Numbered from the stretch's first letter, positions 1-11,900 are shown. The stretch: DNA of 64,000 nt from Candidatus Eiseniibacteriota bacterium (GCA_041946735.1 JBHGAY010000003.1:150951-214950), one strand, 5' to 3'. A program made the numbers and translations. Notes: generated by a model from the sequence alone, not told the origin.

Positions 1-2503
1 CGAAGACATAGATCCGTCCTTCGAAGTTCGGCCCGTAGTGAGGCGCGGCTGCGGCAATATCGGAATAGCCGTCGGCGTTGATGTCGCCGATTCCTGCGAC
101 CTTCTCGCCGAGGTAGGCGCCGGCAATGTTCGGCTCGAAGGCGAAGTCGTGGAGTCCATCTACCCCTGCGGGGCCGCCGTGATAGACATAGACGGCCCCT
201 TCCTGGTCCTGCCCGTTCGTGTATCCCGAGGCGCCGACGACGATGTCGCTGTACCCGTCGCCGTTGACGTCGCTGGCGGAGTCGATCGAGATGCCGAACT
301 TCATCCCGGGAAAGCCGCGCCGGATCGTCTGGGAAGGACTGGGGTCGAGATCTCCAGGCGACCCGAAGAAGACGAAGACGACCCCTTCGTTCCCCTGCGC
401 GGTGTCATAGAGCGGAGCGCCTGAGATCACATCCGAGTAGCCGTCGCCGTTGACGTCGCCGGCGCAGGCGACCGAGAAGCCGGCGTTCGCCCCGTCCTGG
501 TTCCCTTCCCAGCCGATGACCGGCGCCGACTGCAAGCCGCCCGCGGAGCCGAGGTACAAGAGCGCGGCCCCTTCATCCGTCTGAGGATTGTCATGGTCCG
601 GCTTGCCAATGATCAAGTCGCCGTAGCCGTCGCCGTTCACGTCCCCGGCCGATGCTGCCGACCAGCCGAAGTCCGAGTCCGCCTGCTGGCCGCGCGCAGA
701 CCAGGAAGGATCGGCGGACAGTCCCGTCGCCGAGCCGTGATGAACCCAGACCTTCCCCTCGTTCGCGAGTACGTCGTCATAGCCGGGAGCGGTGACCGCC
801 ACATCGTCGTACCCGTCGCCGTTGACGTCGCCGGCCGAGGCAATGACGTGGCCGTAGAAGGCGTTCGTCTGATTCCCGTCGCGGTACCAGTCCGCGGGGT
901 TCGAGATCCCCTCGTATCCGCCGAGCCAGCAGTAGGCTCGCCCCTCGTTCGTCTCGCCGGCGTCGTAGAACCAGGCGGCCCCGAGAAGATCGGAGTAGCC
1001 GTCCCCGTTGACGTCGGCCATGCCGACCGCGTGCCCCATTCCCGCTCCGGCCTGGTTGTTCTCGGCGGTGAAGTCGGCGTTGCCGTAGTGGTCGGCGAAG
1101 GCAGCGAAGATCTGAACGCGCCCGCGATTGCTGCCGCCGGCATCGGCGAAGGGAGCGCCCACGAGGATGTCGGAGCGTCCGTCGCCGTCGACGTCGCCCG
1201 CCGTAGCGACCGCCCAGCCGAGCCCCGCAAACGCCTCGTCGGAATCGATCGCGAAGATGCTCGAGCCGGGACCGGTCGGAGAGCCGCAGTAGGCGAGCAC
1301 CGAGCCCTCATCCTCCTGGCCGGCGTCCAGGTTCGGCTCGCCGAGGATCACGTCCGCGAAGCCATCGGCGTTGACGTCGCCGGCGGTCGCGACCGCGTCG
1401 CCCAGGTAGGTGTCGCTCTGGTTGCTCTCCCATTCGCGGTGCGGAGTCCCGGCGAGTCCGGTCGCGGAGCCGAGGTAGAGGACCACGTGGCCTTCTCCCA
1501 CCTGACCGTTGTCATAGGCGCCGGCGCCGATCAGGATATCGGAAAAGCCGTCGCCGTTCGTGTCGCCGGCGAATGCGAGTCCCGAGCCGAAGTACTCATC
1601 CGCTTGCACACCGGAACGGAGCCAGTCGGCAGTGTCGTCGACGCCCGCAGCGCTGCCGTGATAGCAGTAGACGGCCCCTTCGTTCGTCGGACCAAGAAGT
1701 CCCTCGTAATAGACCGCGCTGACGAGGACATCATCGTAGCCGTCGCCGTTGACGTCGCCGGCGGTCGCGACACGCCACCCGAACGCGTCCCCCGCACCGG
1801 ATCCGTAGATCGTCCGATGCGGCGAGGATGCGAGACTGTCTGGCCCCCCGAGGAAGATCTGCACCCGTCCCTGCTCGGTCAGGTTGCTCGTGTAGAACGG
1901 GCTGGCGACGATCACGTCGTCGTAGCCGTCGCCGTTGACGTCGCCCGCCGTGGAGACGCAATGACCGAGTCGTGCGCCGTCCTGCCCCCCTTCCCGGGAC
2001 CAGGCGATGCCACCGTTGACTCCCCCGGAGGAGCCGAGGTAGAGCCACGCCGCGCCCTCGCTGTCGTTGCCGTTGGAGTAGTACGGCGCGCCGATGATTA
2101 CGTCGTCGTAGCCGTCGCCGTTTACGTCACCCGCGGTGGAAACCGAGTAGCCGAACTGCGACAGCCCGGCTCCGAAGGCCGACCAATCGGCGGAGTCTCC
2201 GGGGCCGTTGGGGCCGCCTTGGTAGACGCGCGCCCGGCCGTTGTTGTTGCCGAACAGCGCGTCGGCGAGCGGCTCTCCGACGATGACGTCCGCATACCCA
2301 TCGCCGTTCACGTCGCCTGCGGTCGAGACGGACCAGCCAAGGTTCGCGCCGTTCTGGGATCCGTCGAGCGTCCACAGAGGCGTGGCTGCGATCCCGGCGA
2401 GCGATGCGGACGGCGCCAGGATGGCGGCGGACAGAAGCGCCGCGAACGCGGCGATCCATGCGGCCCCGGAGCGCGTGTCAAAGGCGAACAGCTTGCGTTG
2501 CAT
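1..2503 (-). CDS. Secreted FG-GAP (integrin-alpha-like) repeat beta-propeller protein, 3' end outside window
   Basis: Absent from the ORF track because it runs off the edge. Read manually from ATG at 2503 (GAGAGGAA upstream): MQRKLFAFDTRSGAAWIAAFAALLSAAILAPSASLAG...GWSVSTAGDVNGDGYADVIVGEP. At least 13 GDVNGDG-type repeats at about 186 bp spacing. Confidence 0.93.
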   Translation of the reverse strand, partial: MQRKLFAFDTRSGAAWIAAFAALLSAAILAPSASLAGIAATPLWTLDGSQNGANLGWSVSTAGDVNGDGYADVIVGEPLADALFGNNNGRARVYQGGPNGPGDSADWSAFGAGLSQFGYSVSTAGDVNGDGYDDVIIGAPYYSNGNDSEGAAWLYLGSSGGVNGGIAWSREGGQDGARLGHCVSTAGDVNGDGYDDVIVASPFYTSNLTEQGRVQIFLGGPDSLASSPHRTIYGSGAGDAFGWRVATAGDVNGDGYDDVLVSAVYYEGLLGPTNEGAVYCYHGSAAGVDDTADWLRSGVQADEYFGSGLAFAGDTNGDGFSDILIGAGAYDNGQVGEGHVVLYLGSATGLAGTPHREWESNQSDTYLGDAVATAGDVNADGFADVILGEPNLDAGQEDEGSVLAYCGSPTGPGSSIFAIDSDEAFAGLGWAVATAGDVDGDGRSDILVGAPFADAGGSNRGRVQIFAAFADHYGNADFTAENNQAGAGMGHAVGMADVNGDGYSDLLGAAWFYDAGETNEGRAYCWLGGYEGISNPADWYRDGNQTNAFYGHVIASAGDVNGDGYDDVAVTAPGYDDVLANEGKVWVHHGSATGLSADPSWSARGQQADSDFGWSAASAGDVNGDGYGDLIIGKPDHDNPQTDEGAALLYLGSAGGLQSAPVIGWEGNQDGANAGFSVACAGDVNGDGYSDVISGAPLYDTAQGNEGVVFVFFGSPGDLDPSPSQTIRRGFPGMKFGISIDSASDVNGDGYSDIVVGASGYTNGQDQEGAVYVYHGGPAGVDGLHDFAFEPNIAGAYLGEKVAGIGDINADGYSDIAAAAPHYGPNFEGRIYVF

Positions 2504-2852
2504 AGGGTTCCTCTCTCGCCGCGGCCGTACGACGGGGTGTCGACCGTAACAAAGAGAGAATGCCGGTTGCGGAAAAAGCGCACGGACGACGCGGCGCGAG
2601 GTTGAATCAGCGGCAGCCAGCCGGATCCGACCGACCCCTATCGGCGGTGGTCGGAAAGGGGACAGCGGGAGGGGGCGCTCCGGGTGGAGATCGTCCAAGC
2701 GAGCGAGAGGCGGCAGTGCTACCATCATTCCGCCCCGAAGGAAGGGGCGGCCCCGCGGGCCTCCCGAGCCGTGGGTTTCTGGGCATCGTGCGCGAGTGAT
2801 CGAAAGACTGTTCTGTCGCAACGGCCGGCAGAAACAGAAAGGAGGGCCGACG

Positions 2853-3560
2853 ATGAGGGCGATCTTTCTTCTCGCTCTCGGGATCCTTGCTCTTCCCGCC
2901 ACGGCGTTCGCCTTCCCCGAATCGGCAGGATTCCTGTCCGACGTTCCCGTGAGCTTCCCGGACCCGCGCGAGGACATCTACTGCCAATTGCCGTCGGGCG
3001 GTTGGGGCGTGTACAACGCGTCGACCGCTTTCTCATCGGAGATGGCGGACGACATGCCCGCGAACCTGAGCGGCATCTACGTCGGGGGAGTTGCGGTGTG
3101 GGTGGGGGAATGGGGGGGCGTAGATTGGATGCCGTTTACCAGCTTGATCGTCAACATCTACGACGACACCTGTCCTCCACCCCAGGATCCCGTCTTCAGT
3201 GTCGCCGTCCCGTATGACGAGCTGAACGCCATCCAAGTCTATGCGGGAAACTGGTACGTGTACCAGTGCCAGGCCGATGTCTTGGCGCCGATTACGATCG
3301 ATGACGCGACGTCGATCGGCTTCGTCGTTGATCAGGACTGGGGACAGAACCCACCCTATTGCGGCATGGTCATTACCGATGGGGTCCTCTACGGATGCGA
3401 GCTGTACTGGGACGCCGAGTTCTGGGGTTATTCCCGTTGGATTCCGGGCTCGCAATACTTCGGCATTGCCGTAGATCTCGCCTGGTGCCTGGTCCATGGG
3501 ATAGGACCGACCTCGACCGTGGAGACGCACTGGGGCTCGATCCGAGGACTCTTCCGATAG
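2853..3560 (+). CDS. Secreted hypothetical protein with C-terminal WGxIRxxFR tail
   Basis: AGGAGG RBS before ATG 2853; signal peptide MRAIFLLALGILALPATAFA; ends PTSTVETHWGSIRGLFR. Confidence 0.85.
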   Translation: MRAIFLLALGILALPATAFAFPESAGFLSDVPVSFPDPREDIYCQLPSGGWGVYNASTAFSSEMADDMPANLSGIYVGGVAVWVGEWGGVDWMPFTSLIVNIYDDTCPPPQDPVFSVAVPYDELNAIQVYAGNWYVYQCQADVLAPITIDDATSIGFVVDQDWGQNPPYCGMVITDGVLYGCELYWDAEFWGYSRWIPGSQYFGIAVDLAWCLVHGIGPTSTVETHWGSIRGLFR

Positions 3561-3594
3561 CAGTGCTCCCCGCTGTCGGTCGCGCTTCCGATTT

Positions 3595-3634
3595 CGAGAA
3601 CTCCGCCGGATGCTTCCCGCCGGCGGAGTTCTCG
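3595..3634. terminator. Perfect 15-bp inverted repeat between convergent genes, probable terminator hairpin
   Basis: CGAGAACTCCGCCGG, 10-nt loop, CCGGCGGAGTTCTCG; lies between stops at 3560 (+) and 3678 (-). U-tracts are weak. Confidence 0.6.
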
Positions 3635-3677
3635 TTCCGGATCGCCCGGCCCATTGCCTGACCGAGATCGGCCCTGC

Positions 3678-5159
3678 CTACCGAATGCGGATCAGCCGGC
3701 CGGTGCCGGTTGCACCGTCGAGACGATAGAAGTAGAAGCCGGTGCCCAGGGCATCGCCTGCGTCGGTCTTCCCGTCCCAGCGGATCTCGCCGGCCCCGCC
3801 GCCGATCGGCAGCGATCGCACGATCCGCCCGGCCACGTCGAAGATCCGCAGGCTTCCGCTAGCGCCACGCGGGATCTGGAACGCCACTTGATTCGTGAAC
3901 GGATTCGGCGCGCAGAGAATGCTCGTCGCGGCGCCGGGTCCCAAGTCCTCGACCCCGGCCGCCGACGCGATCCCTTGCGCGGAATAGACGCCCTGCATGA
4001 ACGCACTCTCGCGGTTATCGAGCCAGGCCACGTCGAGGTTGCAGATCGCGTCGACGGTGATCACCGGTTGAAGGGCGTCCGACTGGCCGCTCGTGATCGA
4101 CTCGGCCTGACCGAAGTAGATCCCATGAATGTTCATGTATCGGATGACGTTTCCTTCCGGCATGTACTCCCGCCACACGACGTGGACGTCGGCAGGGCCT
4201 TCGCCACAACGGCTGGTGGCCAGATGCGCGCCGTCCGATCCGTCGAAGGCGAGTTGGGTGAGTCCCTGCCATCCGGTGGCGCCGAGCTTGGAGTAGCAGA
4301 CTCGATCCTGATTGCCGAATTCACGGACCATTACGGCGTGCACGCCACCCGTAAGGCTCACGGCGATGTCCGGATGTCGGACCGGCTCGGCTTCGTCTCC
4401 GATCACAACGGCGGTCGACCAGACACCTGCGACGCGCTGGCGATGATACACCTGATCGGCGCCGCTCTCGTTGTCCTGCCAGAGGACGTGAACGTCACCG
4501 TTGGGGGCGACGGCGATGGCCGGCTCCTGGGCGGAATCAATGCCTTCGGTCAGCGGCTCCTGAGGCGACCAGACGGCGCCGTCCCAGTGCGAGTAGTAGA
4601 TGTTGGAGAAGGTAGGCGGGGGATAGAAGTCGCCTTGCTGCCATACGAGGTGCACGGTCCCATCCGGGTCAGCGGCCAGGCGCGGATGGTCGGCCGTGCG
4701 GCCATTGTAGTCGTTGATCCGCTCGATGGGCGTCCACTCGCCGGACTCGAATCGTCGGTAGAAGATTCCGTCCATGCCGCTGGCCCAATCCGACCAGACG
4801 ACATGGACCCGTCCTTCCCGATCGACGGCGACCGCTGGATACGAGGTTCCGTCGGAGTCGGAGAGCTGCACGACCGGGTCCCAGTCGTCTCCGTGCCCCG
4901 AGCGGTAGAAGACCTGATCCCCCAGGTCCTCGCCGATCTGCTCGGACCACACGATGTGCACCTTCGAATCGGGTCCCGTCGCAATGGCGGGACCGGTGAG
5001 GGACCACATGGGGAAGGAGCTGATCTTGACGTCCTCCTGCCACTCGACCGCGACGGCGGAACCGGGGTGAGTGGCGGGAAGGACGCAGAGGAAGCCAAGA
5101 GCGATTGCGACCGTCGAGCAACCGGTCCGATGGCGAAACGAGGAACGTCGCGGTCTCAT
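3678..5159 (-). CDS. Secreted beta-propeller-type repeat protein with C-terminal FlgD-Ig/T9SS-like domain
   Basis: Signal peptide; about 7 repeats of P.IA.D..G.VH.VW....IYY; C-terminus APNPF...LRIFDVAGRIVRSL...WDGKTDAG...GFYFYRL. Confidence 0.85.
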   Translation of the reverse strand: MRPRRSSFRHRTGCSTVAIALGFLCVLPATHPGSAVAVEWQEDVKISSFPMWSLTGPAIATGPDSKVHIVWSEQIGEDLGDQVFYRSGHGDDWDPVVQLSDSDGTSYPAVAVDREGRVHVVWSDWASGMDGIFYRRFESGEWTPIERINDYNGRTADHPRLAADPDGTVHLVWQQGDFYPPPTFSNIYYSHWDGAVWSPQEPLTEGIDSAQEPAIAVAPNGDVHVLWQDNESGADQVYHRQRVAGVWSTAVVIGDEAEPVRHPDIAVSLTGGVHAVMVREFGNQDRVCYSKLGATGWQGLTQLAFDGSDGAHLATSRCGEGPADVHVVWREYMPEGNVIRYMNIHGIYFGQAESITSGQSDALQPVITVDAICNLDVAWLDNRESAFMQGVYSAQGIASAAGVEDLGPGAATSILCAPNPFTNQVAFQIPRGASGSLRIFDVAGRIVRSLPIGGGAGEIRWDGKTDAGDALGTGFYFYRLDGATGTGRLIRIR

Positions 5160-5363
5160 CGGGAACCTCCGTGTCTCTCGCTGGGAAACAGAACCGCTGA
5201 ACTCGACCGCCTAATAGGATACGCCGGTCGGGGAAAGTCGGCTAGGGGAGTGGACCGATGCGGTGGGCGCGGCGCTCGACCGGGGCCGTGCCCACCGAAG
5301 CAACGCTCTCCGCCTGAAGCACGAGAGCCTACCTCAGACACACACCGGAGGACGGCCGCGACG

Positions 5364-5990
5364 CTACTTCTTCCAGAAGACTCCGCTATCCTCCATCCCC
5401 CGGACGAAGCCGACAGCGAAGTCGTCGATCGCGTCCAGCACGGAGTTGGGATCCACGGTCCGCGATTGACCGCTCCAGATCAGCCGCTCGTCTTTCATGG
5501 AGTAGACGTTCGTCTCCACCGTCGCGACCGGATACTGGCGCAGGTAGCCAGGCGTCGTGACCAAGGTGTAGGAGGTGTAGTAGTAGGGGAAGAAGCCGAA
5601 GTAGCTCGGCCCTGGCTTGTAGTAACTCGTTCCAGGGACGTATTCGACTTCTTCAGAGAGCCCCAGCACGCGGGTGACCGCGACGAGGTCGATGCCGTTC
5701 TCTTCGCAGTACTTCCGGCCGCCCGTCGTGTCGAGAGGGGCGCCCGCCGGAATGAACGTGGACCCCATGATCGCCACGATGTTGCGCCTCTTCAGTTCGT
5801 TGGCCATCGCGCTCTCGAATACCCGGACATTGCTCTCGTTCTCACCCAATCCAATGACAAGCATCTTCTGCTCGGGTGCGGCTCGGTATTCGGGATCACT
5901 CCACACACCGATCATCTGTGTCGAGCTGACGCAGGATAGTTGGAGTGCCACGAACAGCAGGGCAGCGCCCGCGATCCCCGTACGTTTCAT
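5364..5990 (-). CDS. Putative lipoprotein
   Basis: Start at ATG 5990 (GGAGAAGAG upstream); MKRTGIAGAALLFVALQLSC with lipobox-like Cys; Tyr/Gly-rich segment followed by VETNVY...LIWSG. Confidence 0.8.
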   Translation of the reverse strand: MKRTGIAGAALLFVALQLSCVSSTQMIGVWSDPEYRAAPEQKMLVIGLGENESNVRVFESAMANELKRRNIVAIMGSTFIPAGAPLDTTGGRKYCEENGIDLVAVTRVLGLSEEVEYVPGTSYYKPGPSYFGFFPYYYTSYTLVTTPGYLRQYPVATVETNVYSMKDERLIWSGQSRTVDPNSVLDAIDDFAVGFVRGMEDSGVFWKK

Positions 5991-6487
5991 GTCTCTTCTC
6001 CAATCGATCGGCTCCCCGTTTCCGACGGAGGGGCCTTGGTTCGGGAACATCGGATGCGCGCCCTGGCGACCGATCCACATCCCGGTGTGCCTGTCTCCCC
6101 CGCGTTGCCCGGTAGTACGAGCCGGACGGATGCTGTCACCTGGCATCAGGACTGTCAAGCGGATGGGCATCCTCGACGATGGGCTGCGACCGGCGGATCG
6201 AAGCAGCAACCGCGTCCCGGCCTGGTCGTTCGTCGGGAAAGACATGGGCCGAGAAATCATGGAAAGCGTAGCGATGGCGGAGGCTGTTGCAGGCGCGGGC
6301 AGGCGTCTCGCTCACGTTTGGTGTCGACAACCGGCAGGTCCCAAACTAAGATGCTTTACGTTTGGAACGACCGGGGCCCCCGCGAGCTTCGGCTCCGAGA
6401 GCGCTTCCCGCCGACTGCGATTCGTTCGCGTCCCGGTGTAGTCCTGTCGGATGGGCGAGGAGCGAGCTTATTGGAGGGGGGTTCGCA

Positions 6488-7162
6488 ATGATCAGGCCTC
6501 TGCTGCTTTTCGTTGCTTGCATCTTCGTCGGGATCCTCGCCGGGGATGCCGTGGCTCAATCGGACTTGCTTGGACCGAGCAGACGGAGCGGATACTGGGA
6601 CTTCGGTGTGCAGACGCGCTACGTCGGATCCCACGACTACGACTCGAAGGGCGGTTCCCATCTCTCTCTCGAGGACGATCTCGGCTGGGGCTTCAATGTC
6701 GGCTATAGCTTCAAGGAGTGGCTAAACGTCGGCGCCCTGTTCTCGTGGAGAACGGTTGACTACAGCGCGAAAGTCGTGAATTCGGAGAAACCGGACGACA
6801 TCATCCGCTACAGCAGCTGGCTCGATACCGCGACGATCGCGGTCAACGCGACGTGGAACGTGCTGCCGAATCGATTGACACCTTACGTCCAGGGAGCCGG
6901 AGGTGTCGCGATGGTCGATACCAACATTCCCGCGTCGATCGACATGGATTGCTGGTACGACCCCTGGTGGGGGTATACGTGTCTCGGCTACGCGTCCACC
7001 TATGGCGACGACGGATCGTCTTTCAGTGTGGGCGCGGGAATGAGTTGGCAGCTCACGAAGGCCTTTTTCGTTCGGGCAGGATACGAGAAGACTTGGATCG
7101 ACGTGGGCCCGGCGGACGACTTCGACATCATTCGCCTGGACCTTGCGTTCCTCTATCGATAG
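6488..7162 (+). CDS. Outer-membrane beta-barrel protein (OmpW/OmpA-TM-like)
   Basis: GGAGG RBS; signal peptide; amphipathic strands (LGWGFNVGYSF, TPYVQGAGG, FSVGAGMSW); terminal aromatic strand RLDLAFLYR. Confidence 0.8.
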   Translation: MIRPLLLFVACIFVGILAGDAVAQSDLLGPSRRSGYWDFGVQTRYVGSHDYDSKGGSHLSLEDDLGWGFNVGYSFKEWLNVGALFSWRTVDYSAKVVNSEKPDDIIRYSSWLDTATIAVNATWNVLPNRLTPYVQGAGGVAMVDTNIPASIDMDCWYDPWWGYTCLGYASTYGDDGSSFSVGAGMSWQLTKAFFVRAGYEKTWIDVGPADDFDIIRLDLAFLYR

Positions 7163-7768
7163 CTCGGAGCCGGTGGCGCGCGGCGGCCCGCGGCGCCGCC
7201 CCCGATCGATCAGGCGGGCACGGCCCGGTCGAAGGCACCAAGGCGGCGCCGGATGGCCTGGCGGGTACGGACGTGGCGCTCGACTATCTCCTGTGCCGTG
7301 GACATATCCCACCATCTAGGTCCCGCGTTCCTCGATAGGGGAATTTGTGCGCCAATGTTCTGCCTCGTATCCCGCGACCGACCAACCCATCAACCAGCAT
7401 GTTCGGATAGCCCGCGGGGGTCGCGAAGGCGTACAATACGGCGGCACCGATAGAGGCGACATCCTTTCCGTCTGCCAATAGGCGACTTACGAGGAGGGGC
7501 GTCATGGGCCTGATCGGAGGATGGGCTTCCTCTCGCAGTCGCGCTGGCGCATCCTTTGGCCCCGTGCTTCTCCCCGGTCAAGGCCACGAGCCAGCGCGTT
7601 CCTCAGGCTGTTCGGCGTTCTTCCCGAGGCCCCTCGCGGTGGGGATCCCCCGGGTCGCTCCCCTCCCATCCCTGCACGGTGCTCGTCGAAAGGCCCGCGC
7701 GGTCGCCGCTGTCTTCCTTCGGAAGAAACCCCTCCGCCACGAATTTCGAGGACCTAGGAGGTGATTTC

Positions 7769-8950
7769 GTGAGAACCAGCCGGAGAGCTCTCGGAGCCCT
7801 GCCCCTATTGCGCGTCGCGACGATCCTCGCGCTCGGCGTCTCCGCTTGCAGCAGCGGAGAAAAGGGACCGCCGAGCGGGGCGCCTCAGGTGAAGGTCGTC
7901 GCTGCCACGCAGAAAGACGTGCCGATCAGCAAGGAGTGGGTCGGAGAGGTGAAAGGCGCGGTCGACATCGAAGTCCGAGCCAATGTCGATGGCTGGCTGC
8001 AGGGCATGCACTTCAAAGAGGGCACCGAGGTCGAGAAAGGGACCCTTCTCTACACGATCGACACCAGCGAGCTGGAGCAGGCCGTGGCCACGGCCAACGC
8101 GAAGCTCGCCCAGGCGAAGACGCTCTTCGCCAAGGCGGAGTCCGACCTCAACCGGTACCGGCCACTCGCGGCGGCGGGCGCTGTCAGCCAGCGAGACCTC
8201 GAATCCGCCCTCGCGGAATACGGGGCTCGGAAGAGCGAGGTCGATGCTGCGGAAGCTTCGCTGCGATTGTCCGAGATCAACTTCGGATATGCGAGGATCA
8301 CCGCTCCGATCGATGGCCTGATCGGAATGTCAGCCGCGCGCGTCGGAGACTTCGTCGGACGTCCGCCCAATCCTCTCATCCTGAACACCATCTCGCGGAT
8401 CGACTCGGTGGACGTTCGCTTTTCCATCACGGAGCAGGAGTACCTCGCGCTTGCCCGAAAGCTTCAAGCCTCGACGGGCGCGGACCGCGGCCGGCCGAGA
8501 GATCGTTTCGTCTTCCAGCTGATTCTCGCGGACGGTTCCCGGTACCCCTACACGGGAACGGTAAGCACTGCGCAGCGCGAGATCGACCCGGCGACCGGGA
8601 CTCTCCAGTTCGAGGCGTCCTTCCCCAACCCGGATCGCCTCCTCCGTCCCGGGCAGTTTGCGCGGATCGTGTCGGTCGTGGACGTCCGCAAGGGAGCGGT
8701 CGTCGTTCCGTCGCTGGCGGTCATGGAGCTCCAGGGCCAGTACCTGGTCCTTACGGTTGGGCCGGACAGCAAGGTGGGTGTGCGGCGGATCGAGGCGGGG
8801 CCATCGGCCGGCGCCTTCACCGTGATCGATCGGGGGATCGCGCCAGGCGAGAAGGTCATCGTCGAAGGCATGCAGAGGGTGCGGCCCGATATGGCCGTCC
8901 AGGCGATCGAGGTCCCCCCCGATTCCATCATCGCGAAGGGAAGGCGCTGA
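7769..8950 (+). CDS. RND efflux periplasmic adaptor (AcrA/MexA family)
   Basis: AGGAGG RBS before GTG 7769; lipobox VSAC; EVRANVDG, ITAPIDG, IDPATGT and LRPGQF motifs. Confidence 0.95.
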   Translation: MRTSRRALGALPLLRVATILALGVSACSSGEKGPPSGAPQVKVVAATQKDVPISKEWVGEVKGAVDIEVRANVDGWLQGMHFKEGTEVEKGTLLYTIDTSELEQAVATANAKLAQAKTLFAKAESDLNRYRPLAAAGAVSQRDLESALAEYGARKSEVDAAEASLRLSEINFGYARITAPIDGLIGMSAARVGDFVGRPPNPLILNTISRIDSVDVRFSITEQEYLALARKLQASTGADRGRPRDRFVFQLILADGSRYPYTGTVSTAQREIDPATGTLQFEASFPNPDRLLRPGQFARIVSVVDVRKGAVVVPSLAVMELQGQYLVLTVGPDSKVGVRRIEAGPSAGAFTVIDRGIAPGEKVIVEGMQRVRPDMAVQAIEVPPDSIIAKGRR

Positions 8951-8953
8951 GCC

Positions 8954-11900
8954 ATGTCGCGATTCTTCATCAATCGCCCGATCGTGGCGATGGTCATCTC
9001 GATCGTAATGGTGCTGGTCGGCCTGATCGTCATGAGTCGTCTGCCAATCTCGCAGTTCCCCGACATCGTGCCCCCGATGATCAACGTCACGACGACCTAC
9101 GTCGGAGCATCGGCGGTCGACGTCGAGCAGTCGGTAGCCACGCCGCTCGAACTCCAGGTCAACGGCGTGGAGAACATGATCTACATGAAGTCGATCAACG
9201 GGAGCGATGGGACGCTCACACTGCAGGTGTCCTTCGACATCGGCTCCGATCTCGACATCTCCAACATGCTGACGCAGAACCGCGTCACCCAAGCTCAGGC
9301 CGCCTTGCCCTCGGCCGTGAAGAACTACGGCGTGACGACGAAGAAGTCCCTCGTGTTTCCCCTCCTCCTCGTCACCTTGAGCTCACCTGACGAGACCTGG
9401 AACAACACCTTCCTCAGCAACTACGCGGCGATCAACGTCAACGACCGCCTGAGCCGAATCCGGGGAGTCGGGGATGTCAAGCTGTTCGGCGGTAGCGACT
9501 ACGCCATGAGGATCTGGATCAAGCCGGGCATGCTCGCGAAGCTCGGGCTGACCGTCCCGGACATCGTGCGCGCCGCCCAGGAGCAGAACGTCATCAGTCC
9601 CGCCGGGCAAATCGGGGCGCCCCCGGCCCCGGAAGGAACCGATTTTACCTATACGGTTCGGACGCAAGGACGCTTGCTCAACGAGGAGGAGTTCGGCCGG
9701 ATCGTCCTTCGCACGAACCCGGACGGTTCCCAGGTCCGCCTGCGCGACGTCGCCCGCATCGAGCTCGGATCGCTTCTGTACAACCAGGTTGGACGGAACA
9801 ACGGAAAGCCGGCCGCGGTCATCGGCGTCTATCAGCTCCCCGGCTCGAATGCGCTCGCAGTCGCTGACGAGGTCAAGAAGACCATGCAGGAGCTTTCCGA
9901 GCGGTTTCCGCCCGACATGGCGCAGGAGGTGACGCTCGACACGACCTTGGCCGTGAAGGAGGGCATCAACGAGATCGTCCACACCCTCTTCGAAGCCGTG
10001 CTCCTCGTGCTTCTGGTGGTCTTCGTATTTCTCCAGAACTGGCGGGCCACCCTGATCCCGTTGATTACGGTTCCCGTCTCCCTGATCGCGACCTTCATCG
10101 TCTTTCCGCTCCTCGGGTTCTCCATCAATACCCTGTCACTGCTCGGGATGGTCCTCGCCATCGGGATCGTCGTCGACGATGCGATCGTCGTCGTCGAGGC
10201 CGTGATGCACCATATCGAGGAGGGACTCCCACCCAAACAGGCGACGCTGAAAGCGATGGAAGAGGTGTCCGGGCCGGTCGTCGCCATCGCCCTGATCCTG
10301 GCTGCCGTGTTCGTCCCTGTCGGGTTCATCGGAGGAATCACCGGGCGTCTCTACCAGCAGTTCGCGATCACCATCGCGATCTCCGTCCTCTTCTCCGCGT
10401 TCAACGCCCTTACCCTGAGCCCGGCACTGGCCGCGAAGCTGCTCCGACCCCAGGGTAGCGGCAAGCGCTCTCCCCTCCAGGGCTTCTACAACTGGTTCAA
10501 CAAGGGATTCGGGAAATTCACCGGCGGGTACCTGTCCTTCACCGGCATTCTCGTTCGCAAGCTCGCCCGCGGGACGGTGTTCGTAGCCGTTCTCATCGTG
10601 GTCACCGTCCTGCTCCTCAAGCATGTTCCGACCGGCTTCGTCCCGGAGGAGGACAACGGCTACTTCATGATCAACGTCCAGCTTCCGGACGCGGCATCGC
10701 TCGCGCGCACCGACGCGGTCTGCCGGAAGATCGAAACGATTCTCTCGAGGACGAAAGGAGTCGGCAACTACACGACGGTCGCCGGGTACAGCATCAGCTC
10801 CCAGTCCGCCAGCTCGAACGTCGGGACCTTCTTCGTGTCGCTTCAGCCTTGGGAGGAGAGAACGGCGACTGAGGAGCGATCGTTCGAGCTGATCGCAGCC
10901 CTCAACCAGGAGTTCGCTCGCGACATCCCGGAGGCGTTCATCTACGCCTTTGGGCCGCCCGCGATTCAAGGTCTCGGCACCGGCGCCGGCTTCACCTTTC
11001 TCCTCCAGGATCAGTCCGGCAGCACTCCTCAGGACCTCGCAGCGATGACCGACAAGTTCCTGGCCGCCGCTCGCAAGCGCCCCGAGATCGGGAGGATCGC
11101 CAGCTTCTTCCGCGCAAACGTTCCACAGATCTACGCGGAGGTGGATCGCGACAAGGTGCTGAAGCAAGGAGCCAGCATTTCGGACGTCAACACCACCATG
11201 GGGGCTCTCCTAGGCGGCAGCTACATCAATGACTTCAACCGATTCGGCCGCGTCTACAAGGTCTACCTCGCCGCCGAAGGGGAGTACCGGAACGAGACGT
11301 GGGATCTCGGCGAGTTCTTCGTGCGCAACAAGAACGGCACGATGGTGCCTCTCAGCACTCTCGTTACGACGAAGGCGATCTCCGGCCCTCAGTACACGAA
11401 CCGCTTCAACCTTTACCGGTCCGCCGAGCTGACCGGCGTTCCGGCCCCGGGATACAGCTCGGATCAAACCCTCAAGGCGCTGGAGGAGGTGGCGGCGGAG
11501 GTCTTGCCGTCTGGATGGGGCTACGACTGGTCGAACATGTCCTATCAGGAGAAGGAAGCGGCCGGAAAGACGACCGTCGTCTTCGTCCTTGCTCTCCTCT
11601 TCGTCTTCTTGTTGCTCGCGGCGCAGTACGAAAGCTGGGCGCTGCCGCTCAGCGTTCTTCTCGGCACTCCGTTCGCGATCTTCGGAGCTTTGCTGGGCCT
11701 CACGCTCTGCCGTCTGTTCAGTCCCGCGTATGTCGACAACATCTTCGCGCAGATCGGGTTCGTCACGCTGATCGGGCTCGCGGCCAAGAACTCGATTCTT
11801 ATCGTGGAATTCGCAAAGATGCAGAAGGAGAAGGGCCAGCCGGTGATCGAAGCCGCGCTCGCCTCAGCAAGGCTGCGCCTCCGCCCGATCCTGATGACAT

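Noticed and set aside
67..2320. Regularly spaced CCGTCGCCGTTGACGTCGCC-like repeats resembling a CRISPR array
   Set aside because: Spacing is about 186 bp, the repeats are degenerate, and they encode in-frame GDVNGDG motifs. No cas genes are present.
593..2605. 670-aa plus-strand ORF and other long antisense ORFs (3654-5939, 19229-22468, 25761-28412, 30144-33179, 51468-53525, 59974-62565)
   Set aside because: Shadow frames of motif-bearing genes on the opposite strand, expected in high-GC DNA; no recognisable motifs.
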